Sequence record: OQ067375.1
DNA length: 64,000 nt
Origin: Escherichia phage a48
Direction: 5' to 3' (one strand)
The notes beneath the pieces were generated by a model. That model made no database searches, was not told the DNA's origin, and worked only from the letters and a program-made list of their open reading frames with translations. Below, one piece after another: positions 41,823 to 51,823 of this stretch. Both the position numbers and the translations under genes were made by a program. Every line of letters starts with the position of its first letter. The first letter of the stretch is position 1.

Positions 41823-42761
41823 TTATTTAAATTGTTCAGTAACGTCTTCAACTACTTCGTATTGGCAGGTACGCATTTTAGCATCGTTGTAATCAATCGG
41901 AATTGATACTACATCACGCGGATGTACTTTAACTTTTACAACTCGGCTGGTTGAACTGCCAAAGTGACGAATATAAGATTTAGAACATACATGCAGACCA
42001 CGAGAACAAGTTTGTGTATCATCGTCATTCACACGAGTACGTGGCATTTTAACTACTTTACCCGGACTGTTATCAAAGGTGTTTGAGTGACAGTCAAAGT
42101 AGTTGTCACGAACTACTTTCCAAGCATAGAAGTAACCATCTTCGGTGATTTCAATATCGTTTGCTACCAAGAAATCAAAGAGTCGAGATACTGCTTTTTG
42201 GCTTGGGTTTTCCAGCAGATTTTCCAAGAACGGAAAATAAAATTCAAAGTTTTCGCCTTTTTCCATCGAGTCAAGAATACGATCAACCAAACCAGACCGC
42301 AATTCAATATTTTGATAGAACAAGCTTCCACCTTCAATTCGAACATCGCCGGAAATATATTTTTCAACAGCACGGCGAACATTAATTTTTTGTGCAGCTT
42401 CTTCCAGCTTATCCGCTACAAGCAGATTAAGAATTTCCTGGAAGTTTGAATGAGTATTAGGAGTTGCGTTATAAGTTACACCATCGACAGTAATCGAAAT
42501 GAATTTTTTAGATGCATTCCAAATAATGTCAGATTTAGCAACTGGAGCAATAACTGCATCGCTATTAACTTTAACTGTAATATCACCACTAATAGTAACT
42601 TTAGGGCGTTTAGCTTCTTCAGCATTTTTCAAAACACGACGGATTGTGTCAACCGATACACCTTGCCAATCAGCCAATTCCTGTTGAGTGTAATTACCAC
42701 TTGAATACAGTTTAACAATTTCAGCTTGTTCGTTTTTGGTCAGGCATTTAATATTGTACAT
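41823..42761 (-). CDS. rIIB: rIIB rapid-lysis/Rex-exclusion protein
   Basis: 312-aa ORF MYNIKCLTKNEQAEIVKLYSSGNYTQQELADWQGVSVDTIRRVLKN... Confidence 0.95.
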   Translation of the reverse strand: MYNIKCLTKNEQAEIVKLYSSGNYTQQELADWQGVSVDTIRRVLKNAEEAKRPKVTISGDITVKVNSDAVIAPVAKSDIIWNASKKFISITVDGVTYNATPNTHSNFQEILNLLVADKLEEAAQKINVRRAVEKYISGDVRIEGGSLFYQNIELRSGLVDRILDSMEKGENFEFYFPFLENLLENPSQKAVSRLFDFLVANDIEITEDGYFYAWKVVRDNYFDCHSNTFDNSPGKVVKMPRTRVNDDDTQTCSRGLHVCSKSYIRHFGSSTSRVVKVKVHPRDVVSIPIDYNDAKMRTCQYEVVEDVTEQFK

Positions 42762-42772
42762 AATTTTCCTTA

Positions 42773-44950
42773 TTAGGCCGCAAGGGCCTTCATAGTTTTA
42801 GCGATTTGGGAAACTTCATCATCACTTAAAGAGTTGCGATAACCGATGAAGTCGGAAACAATACGGAATTTCTTGGTAAACTCAGCAACCATTTTATCAC
42901 TGTTTTTTGAAGCATTATTTGATAATACATCAAAAAGATTAGTTACTGTCCAGATGTCATGACCGATGGTATCTTTTCCACCATTAAAATATACACCGCG
43001 CAATGAACTAACTATATTAGCGAGTCGTGTATATTCTTCAGAAACTTCATCTGTACTGAAGTACTTCATCATAAAATCTAGTTCAGGATGCTTGATAATT
43101 TTATCAATATATCGTTGAGCTGAACTTGAATAACCTACGTACTTATCATAATCTACATCATCAAAAGCATCTACATATAAATCACGCAAAGCTTCAAAAA
43201 TACATTGGCACTGACCAAGCTCTTTTACCTTTTTCTGCAAAAGCGGACGAATAACATAAAATTCATTAATGCCAATAAGATTAGCCATACGAATCAAAAT
43301 ATTCATAGATGGATGACAAAGAGATGTAGTACCATCCATAGAGAAAATATAAGAACGATGCATATACGCTACATAACCAGTAATTTCATCTGCTTCTGAT
43401 GTGAGCGTAAACAGTTCCTCTTTTTCCCATCGCCCATCTTTAATTTCAAACTTAAATGCTGTAGCAGCTTTAGGACGAGGAGCTTTACTTTTAACTACCT
43501 TTGGAATATAGCTTTTAACTAAAGCTTCAATTTCTGACAAATAATGAATGTTAACTTCATCACTTTCAAACATCGCCATAATATCAGGAAGTAAATCAAT
43601 CTGCGATTCTACTTCTGGATTAATAAACAGAAGACGCTCATTGTGATGAATATTCAAAGTGTTATTAAATTCACTATCATCTAACGCATGTGCTAATCCA
43701 CGGACAATATTAACACGATTTTTAATATTATCAATAACGATATTAATTTTTGTTGCATTAATACCAAACAGACGATAACTTGATGCAACGGCTGAAGTTT
43801 CATGACTTTGCTTAATGCGCTTCAGTCGAGGGTCAAGATTTACTTCATACACAACTCCTGCATTACATAACTTACTGTCAGGTTCAAACATGCTCTGCAT
43901 CTTCTTATATGACAGATTTTTAGTCGTGAATTTGACTGAATTACTAATCATATAATCTCGAGCAGAATACCCCATCTTCATCAATTCACGATATGTGTGA
44001 CGAGGAGATGTAGATTCTTTAAATCGTTTTACATCTTCATTAAATGCTTTCTCACTGAGTTCTTTAACACGCTCAATAATATTTTTACGAGTACGATCGT
44101 CTAATGAAAGAGCTTCGCGTGATGGAGCAATATCAAGTGAACCCATTGGAAACTTAATGTAATTCACTTCATTGCGAATGCTTAGCCAGTTACGGTCTCT
44201 AATAACACCATCGATAGGATAAACAATACCGCCATAGATAGCATATAATCCACCACGATCTGGCCAGTATCTTTCTGGATTTACGCCATAATAATCATCA
44301 AAATCCGGAAAATAATCAATTTCGCGGTCAAGACCATTAATGATAGCCAAATCTTTGAATGGTCGCATGATATAAGAAACTTCATAAGCAAAGTTTCTAA
44401 AGTCTTTTTCTTCAACTGGAACTACGATTTCAATACCAGTTTTATCATCTGGACCCATTTCTTTTACGAATGTAGGTTTAATCTGTGGACCATCACCATC
44501 CATGTAAGCTACATAACCACGAATTTCACCTTTATGATACGAAGTAATACTAAACGTATCAGTATAACTAAACGGAGATTTAGAACCTAAACCAAATCCG
44601 CCAATAAAGTCATTAGATTCAGCTTTAGATGAACTGAAGTATGAATTATACAGACCAGGAGAATTATCATCACCCTGAATATCAAAATCACTCATACCCG
44701 GACCAAAATCTCGGCAAACAAATCGCGGGTCTAATCGTCCTGGAACTTGAATGATAAATTTTTCAGGATTTCCATTGAGAGCATGGGCATCAATCATGTT
44801 AGTAATCAATTCACGAACTACTGCGCGAATCTTGTTTGTATACAAATCAGATGACAGAATTTTAAATACTTTAGGAGATGCTGTGATGCTAAATGCTTTT
44901 GATTTAGAACCATTACCAAGAATTGTTTCTTTTTCAGTAGTGATAATCAT
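42773..44950 (-). CDS. rIIA: rIIA rapid-lysis/Rex-exclusion protein
   Basis: 725-aa [40 protein letters not shown]... Confidence 0.95.
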   Translation of the reverse strand: MIITTEKETILGNGSKSKAFSITASPKVFKILSSDLYTNKIRAVVRELITNMIDAHALNGNPEKFIIQVPGRLDPRFVCRDFGPGMSDFDIQGDDNSPGLYNSYFSSSKAESNDFIGGFGLGSKSPFSYTDTFSITSYHKGEIRGYVAYMDGDGPQIKPTFVKEMGPDDKTGIEIVVPVEEKDFRNFAYEVSYIMRPFKDLAIINGLDREIDYFPDFDDYYGVNPERYWPDRGGLYAIYGGIVYPIDGVIRDRNWLSIRNEVNYIKFPMGSLDIAPSREALSLDDRTRKNIIERVKELSEKAFNEDVKRFKESTSPRHTYRELMKMGYSARDYMISNSVKFTTKNLSYKKMQSMFEPDSKLCNAGVVYEVNLDPRLKRIKQSHETSAVASSYRLFGINATKINIVIDNIKNRVNIVRGLAHALDDSEFNNTLNIHHNERLLFINPEVESQIDLLPDIMAMFESDEVNIHYLSEIEALVKSYIPKVVKSKAPRPKAATAFKFEIKDGRWEKEELFTLTSEADEITGYVAYMHRSYIFSMDGTTSLCHPSMNILIRMANLIGINEFYVIRPLLQKKVKELGQCQCIFEALRDLYVDAFDDVDYDKYVGYSSSAQRYIDKIIKHPELDFMMKYFSTDEVSEEYTRLANIVSSLRGVYFNGGKDTIGHDIWTVTNLFDVLSNNASKNSDKMVAEFTKKFRIVSDFIGYRNSLSDDEVSQIAKTMKALAA

Positions 44951-44960
44951 AATTTCCTCA

Positions 44961-45164
44961 TTAATTCATATTACGCTTAATAACTTCAGCAACTTCTAGT
45001 AGTTCATCTTTAGTTGCAGTGTCGGATTGAATTTTATCTCTAATATCTTTAAAGCGGTTTTTAAATTCTTCGGCTTCTCCCATATCAAAAAAGCGTTGAA
45101 TGATTCTATATTCTCGATGAACTGCTTTATCAAAAAGTTCTAAATTTACTTTATATGATTTCAT
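44961..45164 (-). CDS. hypothetical protein (rIIA.1 position)
   Basis: 67-aa ORF; early promoter 26 bp upstream. Confidence 0.5.
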   Translation of the reverse strand: MKSYKVNLELFDKAVHREYRIIQRFFDMGEAEEFKNRFKDIRDKIQSDTATKDELLEVAEVIKRNMN

Positions 45165-45189
45165 TTCAATATCCTCATTTACTCAATTA

Positions 45190-45219
45190 ATTATACCACA
45201 TCCTTGTGGTAAAGTAAAC
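45190..45219 (-). promoter_or_regulatory. T-even early-type promoter
   Basis: -35 GTTTAC (45219..45214), 18-bp spacer, -10 TATAAT (45195..45190). Confidence 0.5.
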
Positions 45220-47039
45220 TACTGGCTCATCCATTCTTTACGAAGGTCAGCATTATCTCCCATGAGCATTTCAAAAAGCTCTTTCCAGTTCTCAGGAAGT
45301 TTAACAACATCATATACTGGGTTTTGAATCATCTCACGATATTCAGATTTTTCCAAAGAGCCAAGTCCTTTAATATAACGGATGCTATGTTTAGGTAGAG
45401 CATCTTTGGCACTCTCATATTCAGCGACTGTATAAAACCATTCTTGTTTTTTACCGACCTGAGCGATGATTACAGGAGTTTTGACAAAGCGAATTCTTCC
45501 TTGCTCAAACAATTCTGGCCAATTACTAAAAAATCCGAGCAGAGAAGGATAAATGCTTCCTAGACCATCATGGTCAGCATCAGTCATAATAGCGATATTA
45601 TGATAATTCAAGTTTTCGGCTTTTTCACCAAGAACTAATCCAGTGATTGCGCAAATATCAAACAGTTCTTTGTTTTTAAGCATATCAGCATATGACATAC
45701 CCCAGCTGTTAAGAACTTTACCGCGTAATGGATAACCACCATGAAGTTCTTTATCACGAACATCAATAAGATATCCGATAGCCGAATCACCCTCAGTTAA
45801 GAATAATGTAGTATCAGCATCTTTACCGCAAAGATTCGCTTTGATATGTTTATGAACCTTAGCTTTAGAAGCCTTTTTAGCTGCTTTAGTTTCTGCTGCT
45901 TTTTCTGCCGCCAATTTACGAGCCAAAGCAGCTTCAATAATCGGCATTAGAATTGCTTCATTATTTAGAATAGCACGTGAAATCTTTTTAGCATCAAGCT
46001 GAATATGACTACGGATTTCACCAAATGGAGAAGTCAAACGCTCTTTAGTTTGAGAATCAAATCGCATGTTTTTCATATCACGGACAAACATAACGATAGT
46101 CAAACATTCTTTAACGCGTGCTTTAGTCACATCAATTTTGAACTTACGTTTGATTTGTGGAATAAGGTCTTCACAAATATCATCCATAACACAGTCAATG
46201 TGATGGCCACCATTCTTAGTGTGAATGTTATTAACATAAGTTAATTGACGAAAACCATCCGGTGAACGACCAACCGCAATAGAACAATTTTCTTGTTCTT
46301 GAACAATAGCATGTTCATCATACTGTCGTGCATATTTCTTAAAATTGCCCTGAACCTTTTTACCATTAAAGGTAAATTGAATATCAGGATAAACTACCGC
46401 AAGTGTCTGGAGACGATCTAGTGTAATGTCAAGATAAACTTGGGACAGCTCATTAGTTTCAAATGACATAAAATCAGGAATGAAAGTAACACGAGTTCCT
46501 TTCCATTTTCCAGGAATATCTTCCCATGATTTATTTTCCATGCCGTTTGAACAACGAACTACAATATTATTTTGACCATCGCCAGTTTCACCGACAAACA
46601 TCACAGAAAAAATGTTAGTTAAACTAGAACCAACACCATTCATACCGCCAGTGACGCGCTCTTTGTCATCACCAAAGTTACCACCTGCTTTTGGAATAGT
46701 CCACGCAGCAACAGGACCAGGAATTTCTTCACCGGTAGGTGTCTTAACCATCGCTTGTGGAATACCACGACCGTTATCTTCAACTGTTACTTGATTGTTT
46801 TTAATAGTAACATTAATTTTATTTGCGAATTTAAACTTAGTACGAATACCTTCATCTACTGAGTTATCGATAATTTCATCAATAAGCTTAACAAGACCAG
46901 GTACATACTGAACACTTTCCCATTTACCAAACAGAAAGCGCTCATGCATTTCATTAGCTGAAGAGCCAATGTACATGCCGCTACGCTTTTTGATATGTTC
47001 AATATCGCTCAGAATTTTAATTTCATTCTTAATCATCAC
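45219..47039 (-). CDS. 39: DNA topoisomerase II large (ATPase) subunit, unsplit
   Basis: 606-aa continuous GyrB-like ORF (GHKL ATPase and TOPRIM regions) covering what T4 encodes as genes 39 and 60. Confidence 0.9.
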   Translation of the reverse strand: MMIKNEIKILSDIEHIKKRSGMYIGSSANEMHERFLFGKWESVQYVPGLVKLIDEIIDNSVDEGIRTKFKFANKINVTIKNNQVTVEDNGRGIPQAMVKTPTGEEIPGPVAAWTIPKAGGNFGDDKERVTGGMNGVGSSLTNIFSVMFVGETGDGQNNIVVRCSNGMENKSWEDIPGKWKGTRVTFIPDFMSFETNELSQVYLDITLDRLQTLAVVYPDIQFTFNGKKVQGNFKKYARQYDEHAIVQEQENCSIAVGRSPDGFRQLTYVNNIHTKNGGHHIDCVMDDICEDLIPQIKRKFKIDVTKARVKECLTIVMFVRDMKNMRFDSQTKERLTSPFGEIRSHIQLDAKKISRAILNNEAILMPIIEAALARKLAAEKAAETKAAKKASKAKVHKHIKANLCGKDADTTLFLTEGDSAIGYLIDVRDKELHGGYPLRGKVLNSWGMSYADMLKNKELFDICAITGLVLGEKAENLNYHNIAIMTDADHDGLGSIYPSLLGFFSNWPELFEQGRIRFVKTPVIIAQVGKKQEWFYTVAEYESAKDALPKHSIRYIKGLGSLEKSEYREMIQNPVYDVVKLPENWKELFEMLMGDNADLRKEWMSQ

Positions 47040-47105
47040 TTATCCTCGTTTGGTTTCGGGAATATTATACTCCGGTAATCATAAAGCTAAAGGCCCGAAG
47101 GCCTT

Positions 47106-47366
47106 TTATTTAAAACGGATAGTCGAATCCTTAAAGAACAGCCCAGAACACACGGTTCCTTCTACTTTCTGCCCGGTAGGTCCAATAGCACGAAATCCAG
47201 TATGTTGGAAATCATTTTCAGAGCAACCGAACCAGTTATATCCAGTGATTTCAATATTAGTAAAACCACTTGAAGACAAAACTTTGGTTGCATTATCAGC
47301 ATCAGTACATCCTACTAAAGACACTACTAATACTAATGCTGCGATAGAACGATTAATATATTTCAT
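47106..47366 (-). CDS. putative lipoprotein
   Basis: Signal peptide MKYINRSIAALVLVVSLVGC with lipobox LVGC. Confidence 0.5.
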   Translation of the reverse strand: MKYINRSIAALVLVVSLVGCTDADNATKVLSSSGFTNIEITGYNWFGCSENDFQHTGFRAIGPTGQKVEGTVCSGLFFKDSTIRFK

Positions 47367-47370
47367 AATT

Positions 47371-47742
47371 TCACTTAAATTTAATGGCTTGAAGGAGACT
47401 AATAATTCTCAAGCGACTTCCTTCATCTTTAACTGTAAAAGAAAGAGGGTCACCAGATTTCATAGTGATAGTGCATTCAAAAGCAAAACCTTCGGGAACT
47501 TCTTCGAAGAAGTCAAATTCTTCATCATAAATTAGAACATTACTCTGAAAACTGTGAAGAATTTTTCCGTCATTTCCAGATGCTGTACTAATCATTGTAA
47601 CATTATTACCTTTCATATCTTCAACGATAAATTCGCTTGTAGATATTACAGCATTAATAGAACCATTCCTATAAATAGCAGAAAATAGATATTTCTTTTC
47701 TTCACCTTCGCGAATGCGATATTTCTTACCGATTTTAAACAT
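47371..47742 (-). CDS. hypothetical protein
   Basis: 123-aa ORF. Confidence 0.45.
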   Translation of the reverse strand: MFKIGKKYRIREGEEKKYLFSAIYRNGSINAVISTSEFIVEDMKGNNVTMISTASGNDGKILHSFQSNVLIYDEEFDFFEEVPEGFAFECTITMKSGDPLSFTVKDEGSRLRIISLLQAIKFK

Positions 47743-47744
47743 AA

Positions 47745-47921
47745 TTACCCTTTAAGTAAGTCGTAAAATCCGCCATTCACATGCTTAGGGGCAGAGACTA
47801 ACCGAATAGCAATCCGATGACAATCAGGACATACATCAGTATCTCTTTCAGAAATTTTCTTGATTTTTTCGTATTCTTTTGCGCAGTCTTTTGATTGACA
47901 TTTATAATCATAAAGCGGCAT
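47745..47921 (-). CDS. small zinc-ribbon-like protein (58 aa)
   Basis: Unlisted ORF MPLYDYKCQSKDCAKEYEKIKKISERDTDVCPDCHRIAIRLVSAPKHVNGGFYDLLKG with two Cys pairs. Confidence 0.4.
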   Translation of the reverse strand: MPLYDYKCQSKDCAKEYEKIKKISERDTDVCPDCHRIAIRLVSAPKHVNGGFYDLLKG

Positions 47922-47923
47922 AA

Positions 47924-48337
47924 TTATTCCTTAAAGTGAGCTTTCAACATCTGATACAAGGACCATGCCTGTTCATCATTTTCAATAGTAACTTTCATTA
48001 CAGGGAATTTAGATTGATCAGTTATCGGTGCAGATTCTTCCTGCTCTTCAGCTGCCTGGTATGGATTTTCAACTTCATTAAAGAATTCAGCTTCATTCGA
48101 TGAAAGCCAAATAAAATCTTCATCCAAAATATCTTTACCAGAAGATAGTACTAAATTTCCAGCAAATGACATAATTTTAATAGGACGCCCAAGAGCATCC
48201 ACATCTAAAATTTTAAAAGGGTGCATACCTAAACGGCGTGCATAGATTCCGTTATCAGTATGGTCTTTAATAAAATTTTCTTGAGCTTGTTTATTTTTAA
48301 ATTGATACCATTTATTAACTTCAAATTTAATAGCCAT
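47924..48337 (-). CDS. hypothetical acidic protein
   Basis: 137-aa ORF. Confidence 0.45.
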   Translation of the reverse strand: MAIKFEVNKWYQFKNKQAQENFIKDHTDNGIYARRLGMHPFKILDVDALGRPIKIMSFAGNLVLSSGKDILDEDFIWLSSNEAEFFNEVENPYQAAEEQEESAPITDQSKFPVMKVTIENDEQAWSLYQMLKAHFKE

Positions 48338-48555
48338 TAATAAATTTCCTTCCAGTAAGTTGTGCCATCTTCAGTGATTTCACGAAATACACCGTAAATT
48401 GGTTGTTTATCCCCAACCTTTTCATACACATAAACCGAAGTCAAGTGAGTAAACTTAGCAGTGTGTTCCTTTTGAACTACTACCAAATCTGGATCGAATA
48501 ATACATCTTCAAATTCATCATTAGTGCAATTCTGAACAATTTTACGTTTCATCAT
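48337..48555 (-). CDS. hypothetical protein
   Basis: 72-aa ORF. Confidence 0.45.
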   Translation of the reverse strand: MMKRKIVQNCTNDEFEDVLFDPDLVVVQKEHTAKFTHLTSVYVYEKVGDKQPIYGVFREITEDGTTYWKEIY

Positions 48556-48726
48556 AATTTCCTCATTAATTGAACATTGGAGCGATGCGTTTCAGAAGAG
48601 TATCAGCGCACCTTTAACGAATTATCCATTTTATTCTTCAAGTTGTTTTCTGTATCAGTAGTTGATATTGATATAGTACCATAATCAACTACTGATGTAT
48701 ATAGTTTTATGAAAAAATTTTAAACT

Positions 48727-49218
48727 TTATGCATAGCGAGCTTTGCTGTAGTGTTTAATCCAACTTTCAGGAATGACTTTGTATGTTCCTAAAAATACCG
48801 CGTTGTATAACTTAACGCCATCTTCTACCCATTGATCAGTAATGTATGCACACATAGCGCGAGTACGCTGAGGAAGTGGTTGTCCACCTTCGGTAAATTC
48901 AAACTCATAAGGAGCAATGAACTTGATAGCTTGACCAAGTTTCCACTTAAAGTCTACACCTACATGCGAAGTATCAATCGTTTCAATTCCTTTAGCAGGA
49001 ACAGCTTTCAAAAACGCAGGCTCAAGAAATTTCCATCGAACATAACCAAACTGGGGCTTAGACATTCCATCTTTAGCAATGATACGTACTTTTACTTCAG
49101 AATCTTCATCTTTAACACCGTGTTTAAGCTGAATGCTTACAACTTCGACCAATTTTCCTGCTGCTTTAGAACGGGATTTATCAGATACACGAGCAATTTC
49201 ACCGATATTAATATTCAT
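48727..49218 (-). CDS. MotB-like protein
   Basis: 163-aa ORF; size and location fit recalled T4 MotB; C-terminal segment shared with next ORF. Confidence 0.5.
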   Translation of the reverse strand: MNINIGEIARVSDKSRSKAAGKLVEVVSIQLKHGVKDEDSEVKVRIIAKDGMSKPQFGYVRWKFLEPAFLKAVPAKGIETIDTSHVGVDFKWKLGQAIKFIAPYEFEFTEGGQPLPQRTRAMCAYITDQWVEDGVKLYNAVFLGTYKVIPESWIKHYSKARYA

Positions 49219-49291
49219 AATTATCTCTCACTTGTTAAAAAGATTTTATACTCCACAGGACCATTATACTCTGGTCCCAAGAGTTTGTAAA

Positions 49292-49840
49292 CTAGCTTAC
49301 ACGAACATTAATCACTGCGCTACGAGGAACTACAGAGTATTCTCCAGCATGAACTACGTTCAGAAGTTCAACACCATCTTCAATCCACTGGTCTGTTACC
49401 CAACCACAGATAGGATTATCAAAAGGACGACGGATAGACACAGCAGCACACAACAGGTCTGTAGGGTCTTGTTCTTCAACTTCTTGGAACAGGATGAACT
49501 CATCTTCATAAACCAGGTTTTTCTTTATTTTGTTATTATCTAACCGGCGACCGTGGATGACGTAAGATTTGTCAAACCACTCACTTTTGGCAAATTCTTC
49601 AACAATAAATTCGCCTTCGCCAAAAACATCAGTCAGAGTTTTATGACCAGAAATCAAGGCATTAGTTTTAATTTTAGGTTCAACCAGTTTGTAGGTTTTG
49701 CCGATTTCAATAGCGGTAGTCATAGTAGGTTCCTTAATTTCCAGTGGTTTAACAGGGCATACATAAGTGCTTACAACATCAAAATCAATCAGTTTAGCTA
49801 CCGGATTTGGTATGTATTCAGGATTATAATTAAATTTCAT
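49292..49840 (-). CDS. paralogue of preceding MotB-like protein
   Basis: 182-aa ORF; C-terminal ICGWVTDQWIEDGVELLNVVHAGEYSVVPRS aligns with MCAYITDQWVEDGVKLYNAVFLGTYKVIPES of 48727..49218. Confidence 0.5.
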   Translation of the reverse strand: MKFNYNPEYIPNPVAKLIDFDVVSTYVCPVKPLEIKEPTMTTAIEIGKTYKLVEPKIKTNALISGHKTLTDVFGEGEFIVEEFAKSEWFDKSYVIHGRRLDNNKIKKNLVYEDEFILFQEVEEQDPTDLLCAAVSIRRPFDNPICGWVTDQWIEDGVELLNVVHAGEYSVVPRSAVINVRVS

Positions 49841-49842
49841 AA

Positions 49843-50343
49843 TTATCTCATTTCAATAAAATCTACGAGTTCAGCATGCGATTTGCGGAACATTACTTGG
49901 TGCCCACCAATGATAACTTCATCTTCAGGAACTTCGTATACAGCGAGATAAAATCCTTTAGAAGATAATTCTTCCCGCTCTTCTCGTGTGAACCATCTCA
50001 TCATATCATATTCACTAGCGAAAGCAAAATGATAAAGACCTATAAACCATCCTGGAATATGATATTCTACTCCAACATAATCTTTCTTGAACTTAGTATT
50101 AATTACTATATTAGCGTTTTTAACTAATAGTTTATCTTCGTGTGGTAAAGGAATTCTTTTATTATTATCGCTGTGATGCATAAAATTAGGTCTGTCATAA
50201 CCTACGTGTAATAGCCACTCTTCGCTCCATGAATCTATTATACTCCTGTACGGCGTTATTTGAACACAAAGATTTCGACGTATTGTTATAGCATCTTCAT
50301 AATCAAGAATACTAAACGATGATTCAACACGATAAATTTTCAT
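49843..50343 (-). CDS. hypothetical protein
   Basis: Track ORF trimmed to ATG 50343..50341 (MKIYRVESSF...); early promoter upstream. Confidence 0.45.
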   Translation of the reverse strand: MKIYRVESSFSILDYEDAITIRRNLCVQITPYRSIIDSWSEEWLLHVGYDRPNFMHHSDNNKRIPLPHEDKLLVKNANIVINTKFKKDYVGVEYHIPGWFIGLYHFAFASEYDMMRWFTREEREELSSKGFYLAVYEVPEDEVIIGGHQVMFRKSHAELVDFIEMR

Positions 50344-50370
50344 TTTATTATCCTCAGTAGCTATGGTGTT

Positions 50371-50400
50371 ATAATACCACAACTAACCGAGGAAGTAAAC
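50371..50400 (-). promoter_or_regulatory. T-even early-type promoter
   Basis: -35 GTTTAC (50400..50395), 18-bp spacer, -10 TATTAT (50376..50371). Confidence 0.5.
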
Positions 50401-50406
50401 AACTTT

Positions 50407-51090
50407 TTATCGTTTTGTTGGAAGAGATAGAGGATCGCAATCTTCCTCTGACGGAGCATCTTCAAGACCCATAGCATATCGCAAAGCATACTTCATCATC
50501 AGAATATCTTTCGCACAGTCATGAATAGAATCATGCGCAACGAATCCATCTAAAGTTCCTTTTGGAAGAGGACACGTGGTCATATCACGAACAAGCAGAA
50601 GTGCTTCAATTCTGGTACGAATATCACGCTGATTCCAGAATTTACATGGTTCTAACTTAAATGTGTCAAGCTCATTCTCAGAAACACCATTAAGACGTTG
50701 AATATCACGAATGAGATCGACTAAAATTGGAAAATCAAACGACATTCCACGGCACCAGCCTTGAGATTTCCAAGGATCGATATTATGTGCATTGATGTAA
50801 TCATTAAATTTTGCAATACCATCGATGGTGCTTACATCTTCATCTGATGGTGCAATATTTTTTCGAGCTTCAGGAGACTGATTTTTCCACCATTCGATAG
50901 TGCTTTTAGTAAAAAGACGATGTCCTTTTTGGCTTTTTAAATCAAATTTGATTTTAATGCCGCGTGAAACTAATTCATCAAATGTTTCAACTACTTCTGG
51001 GTTAGGGTCAAAAGCAATTACAGCTAAATCAATAACAGCTGCTTTTTCACCACTTCCCATTGTTTCAAAATCTATAATAAAATCAAACAT
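50407..51090 (-). CDS. dexA: exonuclease A (DEDD 3'-5' exonuclease)
   Basis: 227-aa ORF MFDFIIDFETMGSGEKAAVIDLAVIAF... with DxE exonuclease motif. Confidence 0.9.
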   Translation of the reverse strand: MFDFIIDFETMGSGEKAAVIDLAVIAFDPNPEVVETFDELVSRGIKIKFDLKSQKGHRLFTKSTIEWWKNQSPEARKNIAPSDEDVSTIDGIAKFNDYINAHNIDPWKSQGWCRGMSFDFPILVDLIRDIQRLNGVSENELDTFKLEPCKFWNQRDIRTRIEALLLVRDMTTCPLPKGTLDGFVAHDSIHDCAKDILMMKYALRYAMGLEDAPSEEDCDPLSLPTKR

Positions 51091-51347
51091 TAAATTTTCC
51101 TTGCTAAATCGCGAATTTGACCTACAGTATAGTCTTGAATATAAACTTTATTAATAGGTTCATCAATAAATTTTGCCATAGATTCAATATCTTTTTGCAT
51201 CTCTTCAAGACTGTATATTATCTTTAAAGCTTTTTCGCGAATAGTAATATTTTCAGGACCTGGATTTTCTTTAATGACAGCTTTAACATTTGTCATAAGA
51301 GATTTAAACTGGTACCAACTCAACTCAATCATTAATAATCGCCTCAT
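51090..51347 (-). CDS. hypothetical protein
   Basis: 85-aa ORF; similar pattern to next ORF. Confidence 0.45.
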   Translation of the reverse strand: MRRLLMIELSWYQFKSLMTNVKAVIKENPGPENITIREKALKIIYSLEEMQKDIESMAKFIDEPINKVYIQDYTVGQIRDLARKI

Positions 51348-51585
51348 AAAGATATCTAATTTCGCCTAAAACGTAATCATTGAATGTAACAGTTTTCACT
51401 TCACCACAAAAGAATTCTAACGCAATTAAATCTCGTTCAATTTCTTCTAATTGAAGCATCAACTTACTAGATTCAATTTTTACAGTTTCACGATTTTTAC
51501 CATGAGCAATTTCATAAATTTCGCTAACTTTATCCTGAAGAAGATAAAACTGATCTTTAGTTATTTCCACGAATAGCTTCCTCAA
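51325..51585 (-). CDS. hypothetical protein
   Basis: 86-aa ORF. Confidence 0.45.
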   Translation of the reverse strand: MRKLFVEITKDQFYLLQDKVSEIYEIAHGKNRETVKIESSKLMLQLEEIERDLIALEFFCGEVKTVTFNDYVLGEIRYLYEAIIND

Positions 51586-51817
51586 ATTTAATTAGTAATT
51601 TACAGACACTTTCATCTAGTGTAATTACCGTATCTGTATTACTGTGATATGATTGTTTTTCAATTCGTTTAATTGCTAATATAGTATCACTTATAAGATA
51701 AAGCTTATGAAGGAGCTCAGCTCCTGTTATCATAACATTAAGATTATCTTGCTTATTAGTATGCTTCCTTATACCATCTATTAGACGATTTAAATATTTT
51801 GAATTGATGTTAATCAT
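51557..51817 (-). CDS. hypothetical protein
   Basis: 86-aa ORF downstream of dda. Confidence 0.45.
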   Translation of the reverse strand: MININSKYLNRLIDGIRKHTNKQDNLNVMITGAELLHKLYLISDTILAIKRIEKQSYHSNTDTVITLDESVCKLLIKFEEAIRGNN

Positions 51818-51823
51818 ATATCC

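Noticed and set aside
48673-48702. Early-promoter-like TACTAT -10 at 48673..48678
   Set aside because: The -35 position reads ATATAC rather than GTTTAC (3 of 6 matches); kept out of the promoter list
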